A stretch of 64,000 nt of DNA from Chrysomallon squamiferum (Eukaryota > Animalia > Mollusca): contig CM022665.1 of assembly GCA_012295275.1 (NCBI GenBank), forward strand, positions 42,222,001-42,286,000, read 5' to 3'. Below are positions 1 through 12,818 of this stretch, piece after piece. The position numbers and the translations under genes were made by a program. The notes under the pieces are model-generated. The model saw only the letters and a list, made by a program, of their open reading frames with translations, searched no databases and was not told where the DNA came from. Positions within the stretch are counted from its first letter, which is position 1, and every line of letters starts with the position of its first letter.

Positions 1-80
1 GAAGATTTTAAAATTGGAAAACATTAAAGCTAAACAGTAAACATTTAAGAATTATTTATGTTTTTATTTTTATAACTTAC

Positions 81-1698
81 TCTGCATATCCTCAAAGCAC
101 TGTTCATGTTCACCTAGTGTATGAAACTGACAAAACACTTTCATCTTTTCCTGGAATTCCCTGTAACAATAAAAATTACCATCTTACAAAAGTAATAGGA
201 CAATAACAAAAAACTGAACAAATTGATTGCAACAACTATTTGAAAATATTATGAAAACTATTTCACTGAAAACTGAAAAAAACAAAACAAAATAAAATAA
301 TAAAAAAAAAAAGATATAAATGTAAACAAACAAAACAAAAACAAACAAAAAATGAACAAGACATTTTGCTTTCCATAAATGTTATTTTTCATTATTTTAA
401 TATTTCAAACCATTAAAACTGACAAGAAAGGTAATGAATGAATGTACCATAATAAGTCAGTTAGTGCTATGTATTTAATTTGCAATAAACACGAGATTAA
501 ATGTTATAATTAGCAGCTTTAATGATTATTTAATGATCTAGCTGAATTATTAATGATACATGAACTTTAAGCCAACACTAATGTTCAAACTAAAGCATAA
601 TTTATGTTGATATTAAGAACCAATTTTTAAAATACTGATATATGAACAGATCTCTAAAATATTAACAGCAAATTTTTAGAATTTTATTATTAAAATATTA
701 ACAAATGTTTTTTAAAATATTTTATATTAGGAATTTTATTAAAAATTAATGTAGATTTTTAAATCCTTGAAATTTTTTTTAAATAAACAATATTAATAAC
801 AGATTTAAAAAAATTATTTTATTAATAACATACTTTTTTAAAATATTTCTTTAATTATGGACATTTCAAATTTTAAAATTTTATTATTAAAATATTTGAA
901 ATGTTAGTATTAATAATGAATATTTTATCTTTGGAATTTTATTGGTATTAATAACAGATTTTTAAAAAAATGAAATTTATTTTAAATGTTTCATATTAAT
1001 AACAGATTTTAAAAAAATTAAAAACAGATATTTAAAATTTTATTATTGACTATTTCTTTGATGTGGTCATAACAAATATTTAAAATGTTGATATTAACAA
1101 CAGATTTTTCACACTTATTATTTTTAAAAATGCTACTTTCATCCTTGTATTTTATCTGACATTAATAACAGACTTTTATAATATTATTATTAATAATATA
1201 CCTTTCATTCTTGTATTTTAATCATTATTAATAACACATACTTATATTATTATTTTTAATAATGTACCTTTCATCTTTGGACCTTTTCTTTGATTTATCA
1301 GACTTGGGAGTCTTGCCTCCTGACGATGTAGCTGCAGTAATCAGACCATACTCTCTGGCTATCTGTTTTCTTCTGTCTCTCTCACGCAGTCGTAATCTAT
1401 ATTTGTCAACCTGAGATAATTTTATTGCTGCAAATAAAAAAAAGCAATGTCTTCAGATCAGCAAGGATTAACAAGAATTCAGTGATGAGCATGTTATATT
1501 AACACAAATGATCTTTAATAAGTATTGTGTAACTGTATTAAATGTAATAGAGACAACATGTTACCTGACTCTTTATTAATAAATGATTATTATAATACAT
1601 TAACTGAGATACCAGTTATGAATATGTGTGTGTGTGTGTGTATATATATAATATACACACACCATATTATATACCAAAAATAGAAAAAAACAGAAAGG

Positions 1699-1758
<60 letters not shown>

Positions 1759-4700
1759 AAAAGAGAGAGATAGATAGTGAAAAAGAAAGAGAAAATGAGG
1801 GACAGAGCAAGTGAAAGAGAGAGGTAGAGAAAGGGGAAGAGAGATGGAGAGAGGGAGACAGACAGGAAAAGATCTGTGTAATTTTGTGTAAATGAATATA
1901 AATATAACAGTACTCATTTTATTTTTACACTATCAACAATACTTTGTGACAATCTGTGCACTGCTTTGTTAAGTGTGAAATAATCAAACACTGAGGAGTT
2001 CTAACTACACTTACCGATATCTATATCTTCATCATCATTGTTTATGCTCATTCCACTGACTAGAGTTTCAGCTTCATTATCATGTTCCTGCAATAAAAAT
2101 AATAACTTTTTATGTTATCCCTTAAAATGCAAAAAGTAAAATTAAACATTAAAATTTTATAAATGTTCTGAATAAAGGGAATTATGTTATATAACAGGAA
2201 ATGGTATCATTTTTTATCAATATACAGACACAGATACACAGGCAAATATAAACATATACACTTTTAGCTACACATTGTACATTAACTGAAGAATAACAAG
2301 TGCAACAGAATGACCAGAGAGGGAGAGAGAGAATGTATTAGCTGCCACGTAAATCTGAAAAGATCTACAGTAAAATCGGCCTGATCAAGATGGTCCTAGC
2401 TGGGAAGAAAACAGACAAACAATAAAAGAGTGTAAAAGTTAACAGATACAAGATAAACTCAAGAGAAATGATATTTTACAATTACCTGAAAGAACAGTTC
2501 ACAAAGCTGATTACTTTTGAACTGTTATGTTAACATTTCTTTTCTCTTTTAAACAAAATGGATTTATGCTTCATAAACATGTTTTCCATAAATTACAAGT
2601 GAATATTAACAGCATATACTCAAACTTACCCTTTCAAAATCGTCCCTAAAAGGCATATATCCGAGTTCCTGTTGTTCCTGTATGCTCATTTCAACAGGAG
2701 CTATAGGAACAGTTATACTTGGAGAGAGTGGACCTGTAACAGTAAACACTGATTTGATTAACATGAAGATCCTTCAGTTGTAATAAAAAAATCATTTTTA
2801 AATAACGTACCAAATTAAAGTGGAGATTTTAACAATCAAAAGACAATGAATTACAAATGTGCACAAAAGAAAATACAAAAGGCAAAACACACCTCCATCT
2901 GGACAGGTGTGATCTGTGACCTTGAACTTGTATTCTGTGGGGAATGTTGCTGAAATGAAAAACATGAAACAAAAAATGATATATATGCAACAAAGAACAT
3001 TCCAATTCATTAACACAAATTCTGTTCCATTACATCTCCAGCTTCTTGGTAGGACAAATGTCACCTATGTTTTTGCATGAACAGAAAAAGTTGGAACTAT
3101 TTTTTGAAAAATCTAACACATCAAAGAAAAGTAATAATAATAACACAGAAACACTATTTACAACAGCAAGGTTTCTGGATTATACAACTGCAGATAAAGA
3201 CCACTGAACCAGTATTATAATAAATAAAAGTGAATTAGTGATTATGTAACTTTTTACAAACGATTAATAAAATAAATGTTTTGCTTAATAATTTTCTTTC
3301 TTGACATGCATTATTTTCAAATACCACTACCTCATTACTTTGAAATATGAATTCATTTTATATTTACAAAATTTTACAAAAAAATTACCTTTTCCAATGC
3401 TTCCATGGACGTAAAATGTCAAGTAGTGGTCCTCACATTCTGCAAAGAATTAAAAAATAAAAATGTAAAGTTTTAAGATCAGGGATGTGAGCAGGCTTTG
3501 GATGTAATATAATAAAATAAAATAAAAAAATAATTAAAAAAGTGAGAAAATATCAAGAGACACAAAGTACTGCAGTGTCAACGTAAGATTTTCTTGGAAC
3601 AAAATTCTTCTCTCGCCATTTGCAACAACAAGAAAAAGCAGTGTATAGATACCCGAGTATCTTTCTGTTTCTACTAGTGCAATTTTTTTGTTTCCCTATA
3701 CTGCAAATCAGTCTATTTTGTATCATGTTAATTTTAAAAAATAAAAGGAGAAATTTAATTTCTAGAGGGTGTAAATATATTTCAAAAAGGGCTGATTTCA
3801 GCATTTAAGCAGATATTTCATGTCTCTGTAATTAATGAAACTTTAAACAGAGTATTATGCTTTTAACATGGGCTTGCAAAACAGTATTATGCTTTTAACA
3901 TGGGCTTGCAAAACATGAGGCTTGGATAGTTTATACCAAACAATCAAAAAACCTAATATTAACTGAGAAGTAGAAATGTCATTAATTAAATGTTTGATCT
4001 CAAACAAAAACAATAATGTATTCATTTAGAAATTTACCGGCAGATGATTTGCTTTCAACATGGTTGGAAACATCATCCCTGAAAGAAAATTTAATAACAT
4101 GAATAACTGAATATTCTAAAATATTAATATATATATATATATAAACGTTTTGCTGTTTTATGGCCAGTAATTAGTAAATATACTTAATTCTGAATATATA
4201 ATTATATATACAGAGTAAATTTTATAATCAGAACTGGCTTACCATATTGACTGGTTTGGCATTCAGTGTCTCAATCTTTATTTTTTTATTCTTTTTATTT
4301 TAAATTGTATACAGCAAAATTAATACTTTTATTAGTGCAAACAGTAAGCAAAAATATTGAAGATATTATGATTTATGTTGGTTTTAGCAGTTCTTAACAT
4401 CATTTGTAGATGGAATTTCAAGTTAACAACATGTATGTAACGTATAATTATGTCATTTTATACAAGAGTTCTGAGTTTATGTGGTTTCTGCAGATCTTCA
4501 GCAAGTTCTGGAAACTCACAGCCACAGATATGGCTGACTGTATTATTAATACAAATAAACTATTTACCAGTTTCCAAATCCAAACTGTTCTACTGCATCA
4601 AGTAACATGTTTTCTTCTTGAATGGACCAGGACTCTTCGATATCAAATATATGAAGTTCTTTTTCATTCTGAAAACAATGGACAACCCAGTTTTAAGTTA

Positions 4701-5592
4701 TATAAATAATCATTCAAATTATTACATTTTTTAACATATTTATTTATCTATACAGTGACTTTAGCTAAGAATTTAAATTACAAACAATTACAAATGTAAC
4801 TGACAACTAAAAACTTAAGAATCTACATATCTGGTGCTTCCGATTCGAATATAGTTTAGGAAAATGTAAAACCTATCAAATACCAAATCGGATAACAAAA
4901 GTAACAGAAAACATTGATTTGTAATATCTCCACTACCTTATTTAAATAAAAATTTAACCAGGACATTTTTCATCTACAATGAAAATGGTTTTCACTTCTA
5001 TTTTAACCCTTAAGATGAGTAAAGCACTGTTTCGTTTTGTCATCAACACGTCTCCATAACCTTTTTGGCATAATAAAAATTATTGCTTTCACAAGAAAAG
5101 TTATCAAGCAAATACAGTGCACACTCCTATATAAATTTGAACGATTTAACTAATGTTATGCAATGGAAATTAATATAAACTTCAAGTTTTCTGAATGTAC
5201 TTCCACATTTCCAGGTACGAGTCCTTGCTTTAAATAACGCCGCTTGCGATTGGCTAAATCAGGGAATCCCCAGTGCAAACCTTGCTGTGCAAGATGCCGG
5301 TAACCAGCAATCAACCTACCAATATTTTGTAATTGTGATCTTTCTTGTGCGTTCCTATCTCGGCACTGCATGAAAAGCACTGAAATAAAAATATTATATA
5401 AGTTAATTTTAAATATGCAAACAGAAAATTTAATATACATATGCAGTCAAGCAACAAGCGTAAACTTGTTTACTTGGCTGTCGATGACGTCACACTTGCC
5501 TGTAAACAAAGGTCAAAGTCGGAGCACTCTGCACACCGAACTCGTAAGCCAGAAATATCACCCTGGCAGTAACTACATACATACTTTGCCAT
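81..5592 (-). CDS. TADA2B: Transcriptional adapter 2-beta (SAGA subunit Ada2b); 3' end lies outside the window
   Basis: Ten phase-consistent exons: 5500-5592, 5320-5379, 4568-4668, 4038-4078, 3389-3439, 2893-2949, 2630-2733, 2015-2087, 1268-1427, 81-160. Translation shows a ZZ finger (MAKYVCSYCQGDISGLRVRCAECSDFDLCLQCFSCSAEIGTHKKDHNY), a SANT domain (WSIQEENMLLDAVEQFGFGNWDDVSNHV), the Ada2b-type VTDHTCPDGGPLSPS, and LGYMPFRDDFEREHDNEAETLVSG. First donor is GC; the others are GT-AG. Confidence 0.95.
1703..1756. repeat. (GA)n microsatellite in a TADA2B intron (one example of many in the window)
   Basis: Directly visible. Confidence 0.95.
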
Positions 5593-5730
5593 ACCCTACA
5601 TTTGAGGATACGATCAAAGATTCATATAGCCATCCAATCTGGAAGGTTGGTGGTAGTATTGACCATTCATTTTGCCTTTCAATCTCGTCTGCCCATCTTT
5701 TGTTCACCACCGACATTCATAGTGACGTCA
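5485..5730. promoter_or_regulatory. Two palindromic CRE sites flanking TADA2B coding exon 1
   Basis: TGACGTCA at 5485-5492 and 5723-5730, in a locally CpG-richer segment. Motif match only. Confidence 0.45.
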
Positions 5731-5986
5731 CACACTCCCATCAATCTTTGAATATCCGGTTTCTATATTTAGTCCATATTTTTTCCTCTTTCAAAAATAA
5801 ATAAATAGAATTAAAAATTAAAAATTAAAAATAAAATAAAAATAAAAATAAAATAATAGCCCAGTGGTATGAAGATAAATCACAGAATTAAAATAAATAA
5901 ATGCAATTAAACAGTTTTACTTTAATGTTTGTAGAATTATTTGTAACGTGCGTTCAACATAAATTTTATTTTTATTTATTTTTAAA

Positions 5987-6034
<48 letters not shown>

Positions 6035-7291
6035 TTACTATAGTCTGTCTACATGCCGTATCGATATAGACTTGCGTAAACAGTAATTTTAAAATAATAT
6101 TCATTTTCCACGTTGTGTACCGGCTTTTTGTTTTATTAGTAATATTGTCATTACCATCATCGTCATCACTTTTTCACTCCCAAATCTTCCCATGAGAAAT
6201 ACTCACATACTTTATTGCTGTTTGATAATCAAAGATCATAAATAATGGCTTTTATTACTTTACTTTTTTTTCTTAAACTGATTAAAACCAAAACAATGTT
6301 TCATCAGTTAAAATGCAAAAGTATAGTTCTGTTTATAATTAAGTTCGAACTGAGATACTGAAAACATTTTCATAACCATCATCATCATTTTATTTATTTT
6401 TATATTATATTATTAACATTATAGACCTATTAATTAACATTATGTCAAATATGTTTTGAATCTACATCAAACCCCTTGCCTACAATTCAAAATGTATTGG
6501 GCCCATCTGTTTAATGTAAATTAAAAATATATCTGGCATCATGTTATATGATACATACATTTGAAAGAATACAAGACCGTTCCCAGTTTTAGAGTTCTTT
6601 GCCAGTTAGCAAAGTGTCACAAAAATAAATTACTGAGCATGAACAGAACTTTATTCAATAAAATTAAAATGGTAATTCAATAAACAAAAACAAATGTTCT
6701 ATGTTGTTTTTGGAAAAATCTTTTTGAGAAATGCATGTGATAAAACATAAATTACCTGGACATTTTCTTTTGTAAAAGCTTTCTGAATATGATATTAATA
6801 TATTTAATAACTAATGTTTAATAACTTATACAAAAACAAACAAACAAAACAAACAACTGAATAAACAATTTGTATAAACAATGTATAACAAACAAGTCCA
6901 TAAATAACATGATGGATTAAATCAAAAGTTATCTTTCATGTTGAGAATGTTTCAACAGGACTTTAATTTCTTATTTCAATTACAAAATAAAAAAGTGTTT
7001 AAAGTCTTATGATGATTTTCGAGATATGAATATATCTTCATACTGGATTAACAAATTGTGAAATTCAAAATGATCTTTATTTTGTGATGAGGCTATTGTT
7101 AACAAGCTTTGAATATTAAGAATACAAGAAGTCCCCTGATGGTATAAATAAATTAGATCAAAAAATATATCAAAGAAATGCTGGATTTTCATGAATTAGC
7201 AGCAGAGAGCTTTCAAAAGCAGACACAAAATAAAACAACTAAAAGCGCTTTAATCTTTCCAATAAATTAAAATGTATGATTAGCCGAAAAA

Positions 7292-8607
7292 TTAATATTC
7301 TAGAAAGTGTGAATATGGTCCATTTGTATCGCACCTAAACACTTGTACATTCCCATATGTTCCCCATTTGACTACAGTTCCAGCTTCTCTGCACCTTTCA
7401 CTGTTTTGTACAGTTTCTTCGCACAGTGACGTGAACTGTGTATAAAGCTGCAGACCATCTTCCTTGGCAATGTTTCTGTGGTACTGCATCCCTTTGCCCT
7501 TCAGACACCCCCCTAGTGTGGCTTGGGGGATGATGAGGATGTCGCCTGGCAGATCTAGGATTGAGCAGAGCTTACCGTCACAACCTGTACTGAGTTTTGC
7601 ATTTAGGGCCTCTTTTACTGAAAATATAAATTTAAGTAATAAATAATAAAATATAAATTATAAAATAAAAAATTTAGTCAAATATTTTGAAGTATTTTAG
7701 CATATTTCATCACACAGGATTTGAAGATAAGCATACCAGAAGCTGTTGTTTGAATGAATGGTTAAAAATGTAATTACTTGTTCCAACTTGTTCTGAAACT
7801 GAATTGTAACTTTTGATATGAATAAACAACCTAAATATATTAGGCATACCTACAAGTTATGTTTTATTTGTTTTAATTTTGTTTTAATTTTTATTTGTTT
7901 ATTTTTTTTATTTTATTAAATTAATTTTTTTTATTTTTCTATTTATTTTTATTTTATTTCATATCCAGTCTTTACAACAAGGTCTACTGACAAAAGAATA
8001 CAGTTTAAAAATATCTAGTAGCCATCATTTTTCTGTAGTCATGACATCACTGCTTACATGGCAGAACCATATCATCTCATATGATCCATATTTACTAGTA
8101 TAAATACAAAATACAGATGTCAGTTTTCCATGTATGCAGTGATGTCACAAGTCAAATTGTAAAGGGTTAAAATGGCAGCATTCAAATCATTTGTAACAGC
8201 ATTCTGTTTTTTTTTATTATACTTTGTTATGAGTGGTGGTGATAAGTTACAGAAAACAATTAAATAATAAATTGGAAGTGTAAAGAATTGTTTTAGACCA
8301 TTTATTCACAGCTCCAAAGGTACAATGTATGTTACAAGACATCAGTTACATAATTTGTAACATTAATAAAACCTAAATTGAGTGAAAACCTGTTGAAGTA
8401 GCTATGGCACATAACTAACAGCAAGGTTTTTTTTTATATAAAGTTTCCATAGAGAGGAAAGCAAAACATCCTGGCCTTTTTATATATTATTTGTGGAGAA
8501 TGGGTTTTGGACAAGTGTACAGTTAGTGGGATTAGGACTTATCCCACAAACCACAAACAGTCTGCCAGTAACAGCTACTTATGAACAGTTGTGTAATTCA
8601 TCTATTG

Positions 8608-8665
<58 letters not shown>

Positions 8666-10847
8666 TGTTTAATTTTGCTTTTAAATTTTTGTTTTATTAT
8701 TATTATTTTAAATAAGATGTTTTTCTTTCTTGATGAAAATTCATTTAAAAGATCAACTGCTTTCCGTAACAAAATTATTTCCTTATTTAGTATTTGTGAT
8801 CCTCAAATTTAGATCATCTGTATATTAATTAATTTAGTTTTATCTAAAACAAGAGGTAAATTTGAAAGAATTAAAATATAATTAAAATACTCAAAATGTT
8901 TGTCAGAACATCAAAATATTTTCACAAAATATTGGATAACATTCATTTACCCATTTTATTAACAGTGTCAGGATTTGCTCCTTTCAGAAAGCATACATAC
9001 AATATTAATCCTCTTCCAATCTGCAATAAATTAATATCAATAAAAAGTGAAAAAATATATAAATAAAATATTTAGAAAGTTTATTATTATAATTTAAGTT
9101 AATTGAAATATTCTTCACAAAATGCCCCAAACTGAACTTCCTATTAAGATAAAGCATCAAGAATTTATTTTATTTATTATGTTTAGATTTTTTATATTAA
9201 TCTGTGATTTATATACATACATGAATATTACTGAAAACATATATACACAGATGAACAGATACAAACACATCCACATATTTAGACATATATACACACACAC
9301 AAACACACATATTAATAAAAATGACTACTTTGTTTACTTTCTACAACAATAGATATGTATGTTACCTGGTGGGAAACATGAGCTCTCCTCTCCATTTTAG
9401 GGTGGAGGGTAACAATGTATTTTATGTTCCACTAACATTCAAATATTTTCATCTAGTTTTCAAATGGTCATTACAGTGATGTTTCAAACCAAATTATCTG
9501 GGAAGTGCATTATTATAGCTATATCTCAAATGTGAAAAATATCTCAAATAATAAATGTATATACAGCTGATATATAATTTGGAATCTGGATTATTTGTGA
9601 ATTAAATAGATAGCAAATAAATTTTTATCATCTAGTAAATAAATGAGTTAAGATGGATAATAGGATATTAAAAAGCATTTTATGAATCACTGATACTTGA
9701 AAATAATTTTCAATGATCAGACAGGATTTTTAAAATTCCCTTTTTTATAATTATACCCATCTATTCTAATTTATTGATCATCATTACATATTTATTTATG
9801 AATGTTTTAAATGAAAATATTTTAAATTTTTTATTCAGTGTACATATATTAATCCAGTCTTGTCCCAAACAACTTTGCTTTCACCAAATTCACAGATCCA
9901 TAAACTCCCTAACAGATCAGTATAAGCAGTTTCCGTACTTGTTTTTTTTAAATTAAACAATTAAATTAACATATTTCTGTGAACCCTACATAAGTCAAAA
10001 TATGCCTGTGTAACAGTAACAGTTATTATGTCTTTGTCACAGAATATCCCTCAGTAAATACATGTCTGGACTTACATGTGGTTTTAAAGAATGATTCCAT
10101 CTATGTAAGATGGAGAGTGTCTGTGATGTGCAAATGACAGTACACAATACATAAATATACAATTATTTATGTTTCATCAGACCATAATAATTTAATACAT
10201 TCTGTCACTAACTGATATAAAGTTGAAATGATGACACTGCAAGAACATGTGAATGTTTGATGAGACCACATCTTAGACTTATCATCAGAAGCCGTCAGCT
10301 GTGTGATGATTTAGTAATTATGAAAGCTGCCTCAATCATTATATTTGAGATAATTGTGTGCACTATTTTTTAAGATTTGTTGCACACTGCTACTGGTAAC
10401 ATCCGATATTACATACCATGGAATCTAGAACACTACAATGTCTACTGGATGCACGGATTATACTGTAACAAGTAACACGATGTTACTCTAAGATTGCAAT
10501 CGATTCCATTATTATTATAAAAAGAATATTAAATATAGAAAGAAGTGAATAGCTATCAAGATTTCATGATATATTTCTCTTTCTAAATATATTTTTTTAA
10601 ATAATTATTATTATTAATAGTGTTTACGATGACGTGTCGTGAAAGGTTTCAGTTTCCTTGCCTGAAAAGACTAACAAAGTAAAACATCGTCCTCGTCGTG
10701 TTATTAATACCGTCTAAAAACAATAATTTGATAACAGAATCTTACTTCTACAAAAACTGCCTCTTTTCCTTCTGAAGCAGGCTGAGTCTGTAGTCTTGCT
10801 GATAAACATTGCTGGAGTAGCAATCTTGCTTTGGACGACGATGTCAT
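7292..10847 (-). CDS. DTD2: D-aminoacyl-tRNA deacylase 2 (Animalia-specific tRNA deacylase, ATD), 165 aa
   Basis: Exons 10746-10847, 8951-9020, 7292-7617 (498 nt, GT-AG). Translation includes [57 protein letters not shown] and [17 protein letters not shown] and TNGP are ATD/DTD2 signatures. Confidence 0.96.
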
Positions 10848-11238
10848 GACAAATGTTGAATTTTTTCCTGTAATTTATATTCACACATATCTGCTGTCAG
10901 ACGAAGCAGCTGATAGCTGAAGGGGCATAACTCTTATATGTCCCTTACATCAATGTTCAAATTACATGTCGGCAGTTAACTTTTATACTTTACACAATTA
11001 TTTTACAAATTTCTCAAGGAAAGATACGAAAAAGAATTGTCTTTGTTTCTATAATATTTGTTATCTATATATATATATATATTTTATTATTAGTTATTAC
11101 ACTTTTTGTTAATGTTAGAAACTAAACCTTGCATCATTCACCTTGCTTTATAACTTACTAGAATTTTGTTTTTGAGTAAAACGTGCGCATTCTGCGGTGC
11201 AACAAGTAAGAAGAGGGGAAATTCTCAACTATACAATA
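10848..11238. promoter_or_regulatory. Bidirectional promoter / 5' UTR region shared by DTD2 and COA4
   Basis: Divergent start codons at 10847 (-) and 11239 (+) are separated by 391 nt. Confidence 0.7.
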
Positions 11239-12818
11239 ATGGCTTCAGATAATAAGAATCAACCTCCACCAGACGATGACGAAGAGGATGATCCAGTAGA
11301 CGCTATGATTAAAAAAACTGGATGCGCAGATTTACAATTCGAATTACAGGTAAGTACTTATTGTTAATGTTTTAGGTTATAACTTATGAAAAATTTGTTT
11401 TCAATGACATCGGAAGCCAGCCTGATATAACGGTTGTTAAAAATCACGTCCCCGAATTTTACATTCCAGCATGTACCTAAAATTGTTTAGTACTGCAGAA
11501 TTAGTAAATCGAAGGATGAATGTTTATTGTATTAACACGACCGACGATAAACGTGTAAAAATAATGAACTTATCTATGTGTAAATATTGTCACTGAAAAC
11601 TGTAAATCTTAAAAAACCTAATGCCGAGTAAATCAGTAATGGGGTTGCAGTAACTTAACTTCTTGAGCCTGTTGCTCCTATTATAGTTAATTAAGTAATG
11701 GCGTTTACATCAAATTTGGTGCTGATTACGTGAAGTATAATTAATAAAATATACATTAATTGTTTACTAGATTACATGTTTCAAGGACTTTGTTATTTTG
11801 TCACTGTTTATATATGACATGATGTTATACAACTTAAAGGAGAGGGTTACATTTATTAACTTATTGTGAAAGTATTTCATCATTTACAGAAATCATTGAT
11901 GTATTTAATTTAAAACTCATTTGACACTGTAGTTGTATTAAGAATTGTCAAAAGATGTTTTGTCAACAAAATATGACCAAGAGTTAATTATTATTATTTA
12001 AAAAATTTATAGGATTTTAATTATATTTGTTGCATATATATATATATATATATATATAAAGCATTTATTTTAATATTATGAAACTTTAAAAAAGATGACA
12101 AAAAGTTTTTGTGATTTCATCATCATTAAAGTTACATCATCTCAAACACAACAAAACATCCATTTATAAAACTTAACACAGTAGGAGCTTCCTTAGAATA
12201 AACCAGACAATTCAGTTTTATTTAATGCTCTCTTAATTTTTATTCCATATCCATAAAATATAGGGGAATGAAAATAAATGGTACAACTGAATTTTTAAAA
12301 TTTATATTAAAATATATACTAAACTACAGTCAAGTGTGTTGTAATTTTTATATACCAGTAAAAATGAATACAATAAATGACCTAAAAAGACAAATTTTCA
12401 TTTCTTACTGTTCTAGATATTTTTCTCACATATCAAAGAAAATCCCGCCGAAAATTCCAGAATCAATAGTAAAATACAATAATATATTTCTGGTTTTGTG
12501 ACACATCAGAATTTTGTTTTAATCTTTTTATATTCAGCAACATAAAACTTTCAAGTCTTTTGTTCAAAAGTTTCATTGCTACCAATATTTTCAAACAGCA
12601 TGTCTTTTTCTATTTTTTTTTTTTTAACTTAAAAAAAAAAAAAAATTATTATTATTATTTTGACTTTAATTGTGTTTGTTATCATTTTGAAATAATGTCT
12701 GTTTCAGATGTGCATGGCTGAAAAGAAAGATTGGAGACAGTGTCAAGACAAAGTTAAGCAGTTTCGTGACTGTGTCGAAAATGCCAATCTGAGGAGCCAA
12801 AAGAGTGCAAAGCATTAA
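11239..12818 (+). CDS. COA4: Cytochrome c oxidase assembly factor 4 homolog (CHCHD8, twin CX9C), 73 aa
   Basis: Exons 11239-11349 and 12708-12818 (GTAAGT...TTTCAG). Protein MASDNKNQPPPDDDEEDDPVDAMIKKTGCADLQFELQMCMAEKKDWRQCQDKVKQFRDCVENANLRSQKSAKH, with DPVD..I..TGC, DWRQCQ and two CX9C motifs. Confidence 0.95.

Noticed and set aside
5156-5440. 94-aa minus-strand ORF overlapping TADA2B exon 2 in another frame
   Set aside because: The conserved ZZ-finger frame explains the exon. No open upstream exon frame splices into this ORF and I recognise no homology.
5370-5804. 144-aa plus-strand ORF
   Set aside because: Antisense shadow of TADA2B exon 1 and its GC-richer leader.
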